From an uncultured Verrucomicrobiae bacterium (lineage in GTDB: Bacteria; Verrucomicrobiota; Verrucomicrobiia; Limisphaerales; JAFGQR01), in NCBI GenBank assembly GCA_963788655.1, contig CAWBHS010000038.1, forward strand, positions 1 to 64,000: a DNA stretch of 64,000 nucleotides. Reading direction: 5' to 3'. The position numbers and the translations under genes are program-made. Under the pieces are notes generated by a model. The model did no database searches and had not been told where the DNA came from. It worked only from the letters and a program-made list of their open reading frames with translations. The stretch's first letter is position 1; the number at the start of each line of letters is the position of its first letter. Below are positions 33,421 to 43,289 of the stretch, piece after piece.

Positions 33421-33497
33421 GTTGATATGCGATTGGAGATTATGGTTGCCGCCTGTGGGCTGGTTGAACGGTATCTGAAGTTGATGTCGCACAGATC

Positions 33498-36017
33498 ATG
33501 AATGTTGTGTCGAACCCTGAGGTTGGGAGCGCATCGTCCGGGCTCTTCCACGACTATCTGGCAACGCCCGGTGTCTATGACGAGATGGAAACCGGACCCG
33601 GTTTACCGCGGCCGCACTGGCAGAAATTCCGGGACGCTTTGACTCAGTTTGGCGCGAGTGACATGAACACCCGCTGGAAGGACGCCCGGCGCATGCTCGA
33701 GGAACACGGGGTCACGTACAACGTGTACGCCGACGCCCAGGGCATGGACCGGCCGTGGGAATTTGACTTGGTGCCGCTGCTGATCCCGGCGGCGGAATGG
33801 CGGCAAATCGAGGCGGGGCTGATTCAGCGGGCGCATTTGATGAATACCATCCTGGCGGATTTATACGGTCCGCAACGGTTGCTGCGCGAAGGCCGTTTGC
33901 CACCCGCACTCGTGTACGCCAATCCGGCCTTCCTGCGCGCCTGCCACGGCATCCGGGTTCCGGGCGATGTTTACCTCTTCCGTTACGGTGTGGATCTTGC
34001 CCGCGCGCCGGACGGACAATGGTGGGTGCTGGCGGATCGCACTCAGGCGCCTTCCGGCGCCGGCTACGCGCTGGAGAACCGCTTCGTCATCTCCCGCGTG
34101 CTGCCGGGCCTTTACCGATCCTGTCAGGTGCAACGGCTGGCTACCTTCTTCCAAATGGAACGGGACGCGTTGCGGGGCCTGGCCACGCGCCATCAGGAGA
34201 ATCCGCGAGTGGTACTGCTGACGCCCGGCCCCTACAACGAGACGTACTTCGAACAAGTCTATTTGGCGCGTTACCTGGGATTCACCCTCGTCGAAGGCGC
34301 CGATCTGGCGGTGCGGGACCGGTGTGTGTTCCTGAAGACGCTGGAGGGATTGCAACCGGTGGACGTCATCATCCGGCGGGTGGACGACACGTTTTGTGAT
34401 CCGCTCGAATTGCGGACCGATTCGTTTCTCGGCGTGCCGGGCTTGGTCGATGCCGTGCGGGCCGGAAACGTGGCCGTGGCCAACGCCCTGGGTTCGGGGC
34501 TGGTGGAAACGCCTTCCTTGCCGGCCTTCCTGCCGGGCTTGTGCCGCCACTTGTTGGGCGAAGAACTCAAACTTCCATCGGTGGGCACCTGGTGGTGCGG
34601 CCAGGAGCGTGAATTTCAATATGTGGCCGAACACCTGGACCAGGTGGTGGTCAAACGAGCCTTTGCGTCCTCGTTTGCGGAACCGGTGTTCAGTATAAAA
34701 TTGAAGGCCAGCAAACGCGCCGCGCTGTTGGCCAAATTGCGGGCCTCACCGCTCGAATTTGTCGGCCAGGAACAGGTGGCCCTGTCGCATGCCCCGGTCT
34801 GGACGGGACGCCGGATGGTGTCGCGTCCGGTCGTTTTGCGCGCTTATGTGGCCGCGGTCGGGGATGCTTACGCGGTGCTGCCGGGTGGCCTGGCGCGGGT
34901 GTCCGCCTCGCAACGGGATCCGGTGGTTTCCATGCAGAGCGGCGGCGGTAGCAAGGACACCTGGATTCTGGCCGAAGGACCGGTGCCGATGGTCACGCTG
35001 GTGCCCAGTCTCGCGCAATCCCTCCAATTGGACACCACCGCCGCCGAAGTGCCCAGCCGGGTGGCGGAGAATCTCTATTGGCTGGGCCGTTATGCGGAGC
35101 GTCTGGAAGATACCATGCGCCGGCTGCGGTGTACCATTCGTTACCTGTCCGCCGAAGCCGGTCCGGACGCCACCCCGGAGCGCGCGGCGCTGGTGCGGAT
35201 GCTCGTCTGGCTCGGCCTGCTGCCCGCGCAATTTTGCGAACAAACGCCATTGGCCGAACTCGAAGAGGAAATCATTGCGCTCGTCAATAATGAGGAGCGG
35301 GCCGGCAGCGTACGTTATTTGCTCACCCGGATGCGCCAAATCGCCTTGATTGTCCGTGACCGATTTTCCACGGATTCCTGGCGCATCTTTTTGAAGTTGC
35401 AAACCAGTACCCGGTTGTTGCCCGGCCACGTGCGCTTGCTCGAAGTCCAGGCGCAGCTTAACGCGCTGGTGGTGGATTTGGCCGCGTTCAGCGGCATTGA
35501 AATGGAAAACATGAACCGCGGCCACGGCTGGCGGTTCCTGGACATTGGCCGGCGGTTGGAGCGGGCGCTCGCCATCGCCACCGTGATCCGGGCGGCGCTG
35601 CTCACCGAACCCGGCACCGGCGCGCTGCTGGAACCGCTGTTGATCATCGCCGATAGTGTGATGACGTATCGGCGACGGTTCTTTGCCCAGCCCCAATGGC
35701 CGGCGGTGCTCCTGCTCTTGTTGCTGGAAGAGAAGAATCCGCGCTCCCTCGCGTTCCAGTTGAAGACCCTGGCCGAGCACACCGCCGTGTTGCCCAGTGA
35801 GGCCGGGGCCTTGGGTTTGAGCCGGGAGTTGAAACAGCTTACGACCGCCCAGGAACATCTGCGGCGCATCCGCGTTCAGGACTTGTCGCATCCGCTGGAC
35901 GAGTCCCAGTCCCAACGCCTCGTGGAAACGCTGTTCACGGTGGCTGATGAAATCCGCCGGGTTTCCGACAACTTGGCCGAGCGATACTTTAGCCACACGG
36001 CCGCCCGGGTCAGTTGA
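33498..36017 (+). CDS. Circularly permuted ATP-grasp fused to an alpha-E domain
   Basis: GVTYNVY, DRTQAPSGAGYALENR, GGGSKDTW, then PSRVAENLYWLGRYAER. Confidence 0.95.
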   Translation: MNVVSNPEVGSASSGLFHDYLATPGVYDEMETGPGLPRPHWQKFRDALTQFGASDMNTRWKDARRMLEEHGVTYNVYADAQGMDRPWEFDLVPLLIPAAEWRQIEAGLIQRAHLMNTILADLYGPQRLLREGRLPPALVYANPAFLRACHGIRVPGDVYLFRYGVDLARAPDGQWWVLADRTQAPSGAGYALENRFVISRVLPGLYRSCQVQRLATFFQMERDALRGLATRHQENPRVVLLTPGPYNETYFEQVYLARYLGFTLVEGADLAVRDRCVFLKTLEGLQPVDVIIRRVDDTFCDPLELRTDSFLGVPGLVDAVRAGNVAVANALGSGLVETPSLPAFLPGLCRHLLGEELKLPSVGTWWCGQEREFQYVAEHLDQVVVKRAFASSFAEPVFSIKLKASKRAALLAKLRASPLEFVGQEQVALSHAPVWTGRRMVSRPVVLRAYVAAVGDAYAVLPGGLARVSASQRDPVVSMQSGGGSKDTWILAEGPVPMVTLVPSLAQSLQLDTTAAEVPSRVAENLYWLGRYAERLEDTMRRLRCTIRYLSAEAGPDATPERAALVRMLVWLGLLPAQFCEQTPLAELEEEIIALVNNEERAGSVRYLLTRMRQIALIVRDRFSTDSWRIFLKLQTSTRLLPGHVRLLEVQAQLNALVVDLAAFSGIEMENMNRGHGWRFLDIGRRLERALAIATVIRAALLTEPGTGALLEPLLIIADSVMTYRRRFFAQPQWPAVLLLLLLEEKNPRSLAFQLKTLAEHTAVLPSEAGALGLSRELKQLTTAQEHLRRIRVQDLSHPLDESQSQRLVETLFTVADEIRRVSDNLAERYFSHTAARVS

Positions 36018-36032
36018 TTGTCAGATTGGCGT

Positions 36033-36932
36033 ATGCGTTACCAAGTTACCCACCGCACCAGCTACGAGTACGATGACAACGTCACCCTGTCCCAGCACGC
36101 GCTGCGGCTGATTCCCCGCGACCTGCCCCGGCAGCGCCGCTTGCAGCACAATTTCCACTTCACTCCGGAACCGGCCTTGAGCTGGAACCATACGGATTAT
36201 TATGGGAACACGGTCGTTTTCCTGACGCTGGAAAAGGCGCACCGTGGGCTGGAAGTGGTTTCGTTGAGCATGGTGGACGTCGATCCGGTCACTTGGCCGG
36301 AGCCGTCCACCACGCCGCCTTGGGAACAGGTACGGGCTGCTTGCAATGGCCAGGCTGCCACTCCGGAAATTGCGGCCAGCGAATTTGTGTTTGATTCGCC
36401 GCTGCTCCGGCGCTTGCCCCCAGTAGCGGATTACGCCGTTGAATCCTTTGCGCCGGCACGGCCGGTTTTGGAAGCGGTGTTAGAACTGACGCGCCGCATT
36501 CACGGGGATTTTACCTTCGATCCGAAAGCCACCACGGTAGCCACTCCGCTCGACGAAGTGCTGCAATTGCGCCGGGGCGTCTGCCAGGATTTTGCGCACC
36601 TGCAAATTGCCTGTCTGCGCGCGATGGGTGTGCCGGCGCGCTACGTCAGCGGCTACCTGGAAACCCTGCCACCGCCGGGCCAGCCCAAACTGGCCGGCGC
36701 CGACGCTTCCCATGCTTGGTGTTCGTTCTTCTGCCCCGGCTTGGGTTGGATTGACGTGGACCCGACGAACAACCTGCTGCCCTCCGACCGGCATGTCACC
36801 ATCGGCTGGGGACGCGATTACAGCGATGTCAGTCCCATTCGCGGCGTCATCCTGGGGGCCGGTGAACACTCGCTCACTGTGAACGTGGACGTCACGGCGC
36901 TGGAGGACGGAACGCCGGTGACTCAACCATAA
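36033..36932 (+). CDS. Transglutaminase-like protein (Bact_transglu_N + core)
   Basis: YQVTHRTSYEY, GVCQDFAH, ARYVSGYL, ASHAW, DPTN, GRDYSDVSP. Confidence 0.95.
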   Translation: MRYQVTHRTSYEYDDNVTLSQHALRLIPRDLPRQRRLQHNFHFTPEPALSWNHTDYYGNTVVFLTLEKAHRGLEVVSLSMVDVDPVTWPEPSTTPPWEQVRAACNGQAATPEIAASEFVFDSPLLRRLPPVADYAVESFAPARPVLEAVLELTRRIHGDFTFDPKATTVATPLDEVLQLRRGVCQDFAHLQIACLRAMGVPARYVSGYLETLPPPGQPKLAGADASHAWCSFFCPGLGWIDVDPTNNLLPSDRHVTIGWGRDYSDVSPIRGVILGAGEHSLTVNVDVTALEDGTPVTQP

Positions 36933-36956
36933 GCTTCCGTTTGGACTGGCGGGTTG

Positions 36957-37184
36957 GCCGTAGCGCCAGCGTTTGTCGTGCGCCCGGTTTGTCATTACTT
37001 GCGCGAGGAGAGCGACCGTCCAATGCTCACTCAACCGTAGGACAGGCGTCTCGCCTGTCGCTAATCACCGAAGGCCTTCCTCACCCTTTGGTGGCGCTGA
37101 GATCGTTTGAACGACGCAACAAAATCCCATGGATTACTTCCGTCCGCGGCCGGCGGGACGCCTGTCCTACTGCGTTGTTACGGC
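36957..37184. repeat. REPIN/MITE copy homologous to the GspI-leader element
   Basis: GTAGGACAGGCGTCTCGCCTGTC at 37037 to CGGGACGCCTGTCCTAC at 37170; spacer colinear with 6367-6500. Confidence 0.85.
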
Positions 37185-38128
37185 GTTGCCAACGCTGACC
37201 GATGCCCGCGGTTTCGGGCTTCTTCGGGAGAGACGCCCTGCTGCCGCAGGTGCCGCAGACTGAGGGCATCATGACGTTTGGCCAGGCGCACGCCGTTATC
37301 ATCTGTAACCAGCGGGCAATGGAAGAACCGCGGCGGTAGCAGTCGTAAAGCCTGATACAACAGGAGTTGCCGGGCGGTGGACAACAAGAGATCCGCTCCG
37401 CGCACCACTTCCGTAATCCGCATCGCGGCATCATCCACCACCACCGCCAATTGATACGCCGGCACCCCATCGTGGCGCCACACAACGAAGTCACCGAAGT
37501 CTTTGCCTGCCGCGAACGCCTGTGGTCCCTGGCAGCCATCGCCAAACCGGATCACTTCGCCGTCTGGAACGCGAAACCGCCAATTGATCCGGGGACGCTC
37601 CCCCATGATTGCTCGCGTGGCCAAGTCGGCAGAACCGGCCAACGTGGTATCAAGAGCGGAATGAATTGCGGCTTGGTCGGTCAACGGTGTCCCCGCTTGC
37701 GGCCGACACGTTCCCGGATAAACCGGTTCTTCCTCGCCCTGGTGCGGAGCCTGTGACGCACGTTGCAGTTCTTTGCGCGAGCAGGTACACGGATAAACCC
37801 AGCCCCCGGCATGCAACTTCACCAACGCGGCAGCGTACAACTCTCGCCGCTCGCTTTGGTGGTAAGGACCGTAAGGACCGCCGCAATCCGGACCCTCCTG
37901 CCACTGGAGACCAAACCACCGCAAGTCTTCCAGCATCGCTTCCGCGAACGTTGCTTTGCTGCGGTCCGGATCCAGATCCTCGTTGCGCAGGATCAACGCG
38001 CCTCCATGCTGTTCAGCCCGTTGCTGCGCGATCCAAAAAGTTTGCGCATGCCCCAAGTGCAAGTAACCCGTCGGCGACGGTGCAAGCCGTCCACGGTAAC
38101 CTTCTGCGTTGGTAGCGGGTTGCGTCAT
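37178..38128 (-). CDS. gluQ: tRNA glutamyl-Q(34) synthetase
   Basis: GRLAPSPTGYLHLGH, YPCTCSR, YPGTCR, AYQLAVVVDD, VVRGADLL, LAKRH; no anticodon-binding domain. Confidence 0.93.
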   Translation of the reverse strand: MTQPATNAEGYRGRLAPSPTGYLHLGHAQTFWIAQQRAEQHGGALILRNEDLDPDRSKATFAEAMLEDLRWFGLQWQEGPDCGGPYGPYHQSERRELYAAALVKLHAGGWVYPCTCSRKELQRASQAPHQGEEEPVYPGTCRPQAGTPLTDQAAIHSALDTTLAGSADLATRAIMGERPRINWRFRVPDGEVIRFGDGCQGPQAFAAGKDFGDFVVWRHDGVPAYQLAVVVDDAAMRITEVVRGADLLLSTARQLLLYQALRLLPPRFFHCPLVTDDNGVRLAKRHDALSLRHLRQQGVSPEEARNRGHRSALATP

Positions 38129-38198
38129 CGCCTCCAGCCTAGCCAATCCGCTTTGGTTATGCGAGGGGCGGGACTGGGGTTGCTCGCGGTACGTCGCA

Positions 38199-39044
38199 TC
38201 AAAACACCACGTCGGAATTGGCCGCCAGCCACTCGGTCAAACCCGGCAACCGGAACGGTAGAATTCGTTGAACTTTGGCGCAGTTCAACGAGGTGTCCGG
38301 CGCCCGTTTCGGTCCTTGGTAATCGTGCAGTGACGCGGGCTGTATTTGGAGCTTGAACTGCGGCCAACGCGCGGCGAGCAATCGGCCAATCTGCCACCGC
38401 GAGAGCCGCTCGCTGCCGGCCAAGTGGTACACCCCTGGCTGGCTGGCCGCCACCAGCGCCCAAATCGCTTGCGCCGTCACCACGGCCGGAATGGGGCATC
38501 GGAATTCATCGGTAAACAGCCGCAAGGTTCGCCCCTTCTGCCACGCTTGGCGGAGTTGTTCATTGAAACCCCGATCACCGGTCGTGGAGGTTCCTCCGTT
38601 CAGCGACGTGCGAATGACCGTGTGTTGCGGGTTGGCGAGGACTTTCTGTTCCGCCGCCAGTTTGGTTTCGGCATACACATTGAGCGGATGGGGGCGATCG
38701 TCCTCGTCGTACTCTCCCTGTCGGCCATCAAAAACCAAGTCGGTCGAGAAGAACACGAAGGCCTTATCAATGGCCAAATCCGCCAACAGGGCGGTGACAT
38801 CCACATTCAACACGCGCGCCAGGGCCGGATTCTGTTCACAGGCCACCGTGCGAGTTAGCGCCGCGCAATGAATCACCAAGTCCGGATCGTCCTGTTCGAA
38901 CAAAAGCCGTACCGTCTGATAATCCGTCAAGTCCAACTCCGGGCGCGTCAAACCACGCACCTCCCAGTCGGGGGCATACATCGACGCCGTCCGCACCAGG
39001 TAACTGCCAATCAGGCCGCCCGCGCCGGTGATCCATGCTTTCAT
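38199..39044 (-). CDS. RmlD-like (dTDP-4-dehydrorhamnose reductase family) extended SDR
   Basis: ITGAGGLIG, STDLVFDG, YAETK, FTDEFRCP. Confidence 0.88.
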   Translation of the reverse strand: MKAWITGAGGLIGSYLVRTASMYAPDWEVRGLTRPELDLTDYQTVRLLFEQDDPDLVIHCAALTRTVACEQNPALARVLNVDVTALLADLAIDKAFVFFSTDLVFDGRQGEYDEDDRPHPLNVYAETKLAAEQKVLANPQHTVIRTSLNGGTSTTGDRGFNEQLRQAWQKGRTLRLFTDEFRCPIPAVVTAQAIWALVAASQPGVYHLAGSERLSRWQIGRLLAARWPQFKLQIQPASLHDYQGPKRAPDTSLNCAKVQRILPFRLPGLTEWLAANSDVVF

Positions 39045-39393
39045 TCGTTTTGCGGCCGAAGCTTAAAGGCCAAACCTCGCCCGTCAAGGACAGTGCGAAT
39101 GGGGAGGGTCAGGTGGATTGGACTACTTGAATCGCCGATCGTTCTTGCGCCTCGCCTTAAGGGGGCCGGTTAAGGAGTATTCCCGCATGACCAAAACCCG
39201 TTTTCAAATCGTCAATCCGTTTCGGTCCGAAGATTGTTATTCCCCTGTTTCCGCCTTGGATTTTTGTTCATGGTTGCCGCATTGAATCCGCCCTGGCGGC
39301 AGACACTGACTACGCTATGCACGTCTCCGACGGTTCCGGGGGAGAGTGGAGAACGTAATGATTCAACCCCAAGCTAAAACGCGTTTTTGTTGT

Positions 39394-39428
39394 ACAAACA
39401 GAAAGGCCGGAACTGATCCGGCCCTTTC
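39394..39428 (-). terminator. Intrinsic terminator-like hairpin
   Basis: Minus strand GAAAGGGCCGG-ATCAGTT-CCGGCCTTTC followed by TGTTTGT. Confidence 0.6.
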
Positions 39429-39520
39429 CTGAGAACAAATTTAATTCTTTTTCGATGCGGCGCCGCAGTTTTACGCCTGACTAGTCACACACAGATCTGC
39501 ATTTCTGCATCGCTAACAAC
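39394..39520 (-). ncRNA. Candidate small RNA (~125 nt)
   Basis: Extended -10 TGGTAAATT upstream, CGATGC/GCATCG closing stem, terminator, no evident ORF. Confidence 0.35.
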
Positions 39521-39934
39521 GAAGTAAATTTACCAGATGCCTTGTCCCCTGCCAGTCACCAGGTCCTGGGGACGCGCCAATCTGGATGTTTCGCCCACTG
39601 ATGGGGAGAACGGCTTCTGCTCCACGCAAGGCTACGCAGCCTCCCGCCCCTTTGCCGGCGCTCCTGCGGGCGGATTCCCTGGTCCGAAACTCAAGCTCAG
39701 AACCATTCTGATTGCGGCCAAGTTCGGATGGCGGGCGACAATTCAGACGAGCGCCCGGCCAACCCCAGTTGAGTTGGGCGTTGAATTGATTATAGTTAAT
39801 CAGTCGCTCGTGGCGACAGGGATTAAGGGCCGGCTGCCGAAGGACTCATAAAGGTCCGAGCAGTCGGCGCGGGCAAAGTGCGCCAGGGGCGATGGGATTG
39901 TAATTAACCGTTACCAAACGAAAGGAAAGGATCC

Positions 39935-40126
39935 ATGATTCATTTGGAAATCACCTCGGAGGAATACGAACTTCTGCAGCAAGTGCTGAAGGACCAGCTC
40001 ACCAAGCTGGAAATCGAAATCAATCACACCGACCACGGCGATTTCAAGGCCTCGTTGAAGCACCGGCGGGAGGTGCTCACCAAACTGATCGAGCGGGTGG
40101 GCCAAGCCAGTTTGGCAGTTGGGTAG
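39935..40126 (+). CDS. Small hypothetical helical protein (63 aa)
   Basis: AAAGGA SD, typical codon usage, EINHTD..DFK..LK.R pattern. Confidence 0.75.
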   Translation: MIHLEITSEEYELLQQVLKDQLTKLEIEINHTDHGDFKASLKHRREVLTKLIERVGQASLAVG

Positions 40127-40153
40127 CGGGATTGGGCCGCACCCATTTCGCAA

Positions 40154-40271
40154 GTAGGACAGGCGTCTCGCCTGTCCCGAATATCCAAAGACCGTTCCTC
40201 CTCGCGTGATACGCTCCATACCTAATTGAAGGGTGGTTGGCCGTCCGGGACAGCCGGGACAGTTGACCTAC
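40154..40271. repeat. GTAG-GACAGGCG family REP pair between convergent genes
   Basis: GTAGGACAGGCGTCTCGCCTGTCCC ... GGGACAGCCGGGACAGTTGACCTAC. Confidence 0.7.
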
Positions 40272-41676
40272 CGGCTGAAGCCTTCGGCCATTTACGGGAC
40301 AGTCGTCCAAGGTGCCCGCTGCTGACCCAGAGCGCCAGGGCGCATTTTTCAATGAAATAGAAGTCCGCTGGGCACCACGGCACGTCGATAAAGGTCAAGA
40401 CCGGCTCGGCCGGTAATTGTTCCACCAACACAGCTCCCGCAAACAGTGCGCGCGAAAAGTGCAACGGGTTCGTGTAATTCTCACCCCCAATCAGCCGGTC
40501 ACCAAAAGCCAGATACCACCCATTTCGCTCCTGCCGAAACGCTTGCAAGTAAGCGGCACCACGGCCGTCGGTCCACTTGTGCAGGGCCTGACCAACTTCC
40601 GGAACCAAATCGCAGTAGCGACTCAACCGGAAGTTGTGGAGCCCCTTGGTCGCCAGATTGGAGTGCTCCAGAATCCCCGGATTCACCCGCTCCAGATTCA
40701 CTCGCAGCTCCAACAATTGCCGAGCGCGAGCTTCCGCGTGGCGTTCTGTCGTTTCGTCGCCATTCAGTTTCGCCAGGCGAACCACTCCCAACAACCCCGC
40801 CAAATCACCGTTCAAGGTTTCGGGTTCGCCTTGCTTGAAATCCCGGCGGTTAATATCGAAAACATAATCCTTTGCCAACAGTGGCTTGACGCGGGCTTTG
40901 ATCCGCGGCCAATGCTCGCGGGCAAGCTCCGCGTCCTGGGCATAATGGCACCACGCCCAAAACGCATACACCCCAAACGCACTGGCCGCTTTGCCTTTGC
41001 CCAGACGGCGCAGATTGTCCGGCACGGTGTACGATTCGCGCGGCCGGCCTAGGCGATTGTCCCATCCGTCCACCGCGTAAGGTGGAGCGACGTTCGCTTG
41101 CGCCCGCATGAAGGTTTTCACCCGCTCGCCCGTAGCGTCCGACAAGAACGGCCAGGCCAACGCCAGCGAGTAAAACATTTCGTCAGGATGATTGAAATAG
41201 ACCTCGTAGCCGCTGATCCCGAGCGTGTGGTGAAATGGTCGAAACGGAAAGGCCGCGAGTAATTCTTCGATATGACGTTCGAGTTTGGCGCGGCAACGAA
41301 TGGCTTCGGGAGCGACCGGAGAAGTCCCCAAACGAGGTGTCTGACTAAAAAACTCACTAACATCCTTGTTAGTGAGTTTGGCCGGGTTGGCAGGTGAAAT
41401 CCGGTTAACTTCGCCGACAATATTTTGGCCGCTGGTAAAGTCAATCCCGAAATTGCACATCAGGCAGCAAATCAGCTCAACCAACAGAGAACAGCCAGCC
41501 AGCCGCCGCGGCCAATTGCGGGTGCGAGACTGAACTGGCCACCGAACACTGCGGACAACGTAGCAGCCGAGGTGACGAGGCTCTGATTTCTTCTGACTGC
41601 GCTGTGACTTGGCGGATGTCAGAGCATCGTCACCTCGGCTGCTAGTAGTTTGGGGATGGTTTCTCGACAATCTCAT
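40222..41676 (-). CDS. Hypothetical secreted helical protein, translationally coupled to the upstream PQQ gene; repeat inserted after the ATG
   Basis: ATGA overlap at 41673-41676; hydrophobic stretch LAGCSLLVELICCLMC after the repeat; long open frame. Confidence 0.65.
   Translation of the reverse strand: MRLSRNHPQTTSSRGDDALTSAKSQRSQKKSEPRHLGCYVVRSVRWPVQSRTRNWPRRLAGCSLLVELICCLMCNFGIDFTSGQNIVGEVNRISPANPAKLTNKDVSEFFSQTPRLGTSPVAPEAIRCRAKLERHIEELLAAFPFRPFHHTLGISGYEVYFNHPDEMFYSLALAWPFLSDATGERVKTFMRAQANVAPPYAVDGWDNRLGRPRESYTVPDNLRRLGKGKAASAFGVYAFWAWCHYAQDAELAREHWPRIKARVKPLLAKDYVFDINRRDFKQGEPETLNGDLAGLLGVVRLAKLNGDETTERHAEARARQLLELRVNLERVNPGILEHSNLATKGLHNFRLSRYCDLVPEVGQALHKWTDGRGAAYLQAFRQERNGWYLAFGDRLIGGENYTNPLHFSRALFAGAVLVEQLPAEPVLTFIDVPWCPADFYFIEKCALALWVSSGHLGRLSRKWPKASAGRSTVPAVPDGQPPFN
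41526..41674. repeat. MITE/REPIN (GTAGCAGCCGA family)
   Basis: Inner pair GTAGCAGCCGAGGTGACGAGGCTCTGA / CAGAGCATCGTCACCTCGGCTGCTA; outer GAGACTG / CAATCTC. Confidence 0.75.
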
Positions 41677-43202
41677 TTGCCCTCCAAACACAACACCTGC
41701 GAACCGACCGGGAAATACACGCGGTTGCCGACGACGGACACAATCGCGCGCGCCGGACCGTGCCATTCGTTGACGATGCCAAACGGTTGCCCCGCCGCGG
41801 CGGCTTTCGCGTAGCCACCTTGATTTTCCCAACCGAAATTGCCTGGACCGTAGAAGCCGCCATAAGTATCGCGCTTGCCGAACAGGTTTGCGGTCAGACC
41901 GGTTTGGAAATCCAGCGAACCGATATAGCCTTGGTGAATCGAGAACAATTTGTTCGGCGAACAGGCCAGCGTTTGCGTTTCGTCACCAATCGTGTTGAAC
42001 GTCATCCAAGGCATATCCTTGCGTCCCGGAGGGCGGCCGGGTTCTTTGGATTTGTAGGCGTGTTCGATCAACTCCACGCGCCCGGTTTCCAAATCCAACT
42101 TGCCCACCCCGGTGAATGGCCGTACCTCGCCGCCGCCATCCCAGACGCCGTAGGCGGACCGGATCAGCACAAACACTTCACCGGTGCGCGGATTGCAGCA
42201 AGGAGGCGTCAGCGGATTGTGCAGGCCGCCCGTGTAGAGGATCGGAGCCATCCATGGCTCCTGTCCGTCCGCGAGGCGAAAGGCGTAGAAGGTTTGTTCC
42301 GACGAGTGGCTTTTCAAGAAGTCCACAATGAAGTCCTGTTCGTGGCGAACGTCTTCGCGGGTGCCGGGAACGTAGCGGGGATCGGGTCCGGTAAAACCAG
42401 TTCGCCGAATAAGCATTTCCTGGTTCTCGCCGAGAATGGTGTGGAAGTCTTTGCCCGGATTCGTGGTCACGATCACCAACCCACGAACAATCACCGGCGC
42501 ATAATCCCGCACACTCAATCCCTCGAGTTTGCGCGACTTCCACAACAGTTTGCCCGTGGACACTTCGAGGCAATAAACGTGCATGTCTTCGGAAGCGAAA
42601 ACCACCCGGGTCCCGTCTTCGCTGATCGAGGCGCTGGTTAGGATGCGGTCGCCCGTGGGAAACGTCCAGGCGGGTCGTCCCTCGCGGGCGTCCAGCGCAT
42701 AAAACAGGCCGTCCCGCGCGCCGAACAAAACCAATCCAGCATACACGACCGGCGAAACCCAAATCCCTTCGCCAGCCGCAAACTTCCAGCGCGATTTGCC
42801 GGTGCTGGTTTCGACGGCGTACAAACTGCGGTCCATCGAGCCAAAGAACACCGTGCCGCCACTAAACATGGCCGAATGCCCAATGGGGCCACCGGTGTTG
42901 AACACCCATTTCTCAGCGCCCGTTGCCGCGTCCCACGCATACAAATTTCCGGCGTATGTGCCCATGAACGCCAAGCCGTCGCCAACGATGACTTCCGCGC
43001 GCGGCCCGGTGAGTTCGTGGTAGAGTTCCTGGCGCCAAACCAGCTTGAGGGGGCCCTGGGGAAACCGGGGATAGAACCCGGAGCGCTGAAGGTCGCCGTG
43101 GAGAGTCGGCCAGGAAGCGCCATCGTTGCGCGAAGGCTCGGCAGCCCAACCGGCCAGAGTGCCCGCCACGACAACGACAAGAATCTCAGCAAACACGCGC
43201 AT
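41673..43202 (-). CDS. PQQ-binding-like beta-propeller repeat protein
   Basis: Signal peptide, WPTLHGDLQRSG, repeated LYA.DA.TG..KW blades. Confidence 0.85.
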   Translation of the reverse strand: MRVFAEILVVVVAGTLAGWAAEPSRNDGASWPTLHGDLQRSGFYPRFPQGPLKLVWRQELYHELTGPRAEVIVGDGLAFMGTYAGNLYAWDAATGAEKWVFNTGGPIGHSAMFSGGTVFFGSMDRSLYAVETSTGKSRWKFAAGEGIWVSPVVYAGLVLFGARDGLFYALDAREGRPAWTFPTGDRILTSASISEDGTRVVFASEDMHVYCLEVSTGKLLWKSRKLEGLSVRDYAPVIVRGLVIVTTNPGKDFHTILGENQEMLIRRTGFTGPDPRYVPGTREDVRHEQDFIVDFLKSHSSEQTFYAFRLADGQEPWMAPILYTGGLHNPLTPPCCNPRTGEVFVLIRSAYGVWDGGGEVRPFTGVGKLDLETGRVELIEHAYKSKEPGRPPGRKDMPWMTFNTIGDETQTLACSPNKLFSIHQGYIGSLDFQTGLTANLFGKRDTYGGFYGPGNFGWENQGGYAKAAAAGQPFGIVNEWHGPARAIVSVVGNRVYFPVGSQVLCLEGK

Positions 43203-43289
43203 GGTGATGGGAAGCATCATAGAAAGACTGGGCGGCAATGCCAGTGCATTTTCGATCGCATTCAGCCCCGCATTTTTCAGGTGGCGAAT

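Noticed and set aside
8302..35996. Long antisense ORFs (e.g. 8302-9879, 16431-18155, 21351-23435, 27201-28637, 34746-35996)
   Set aside because: Shadow frames of GC-rich coding genes on the opposite strand.
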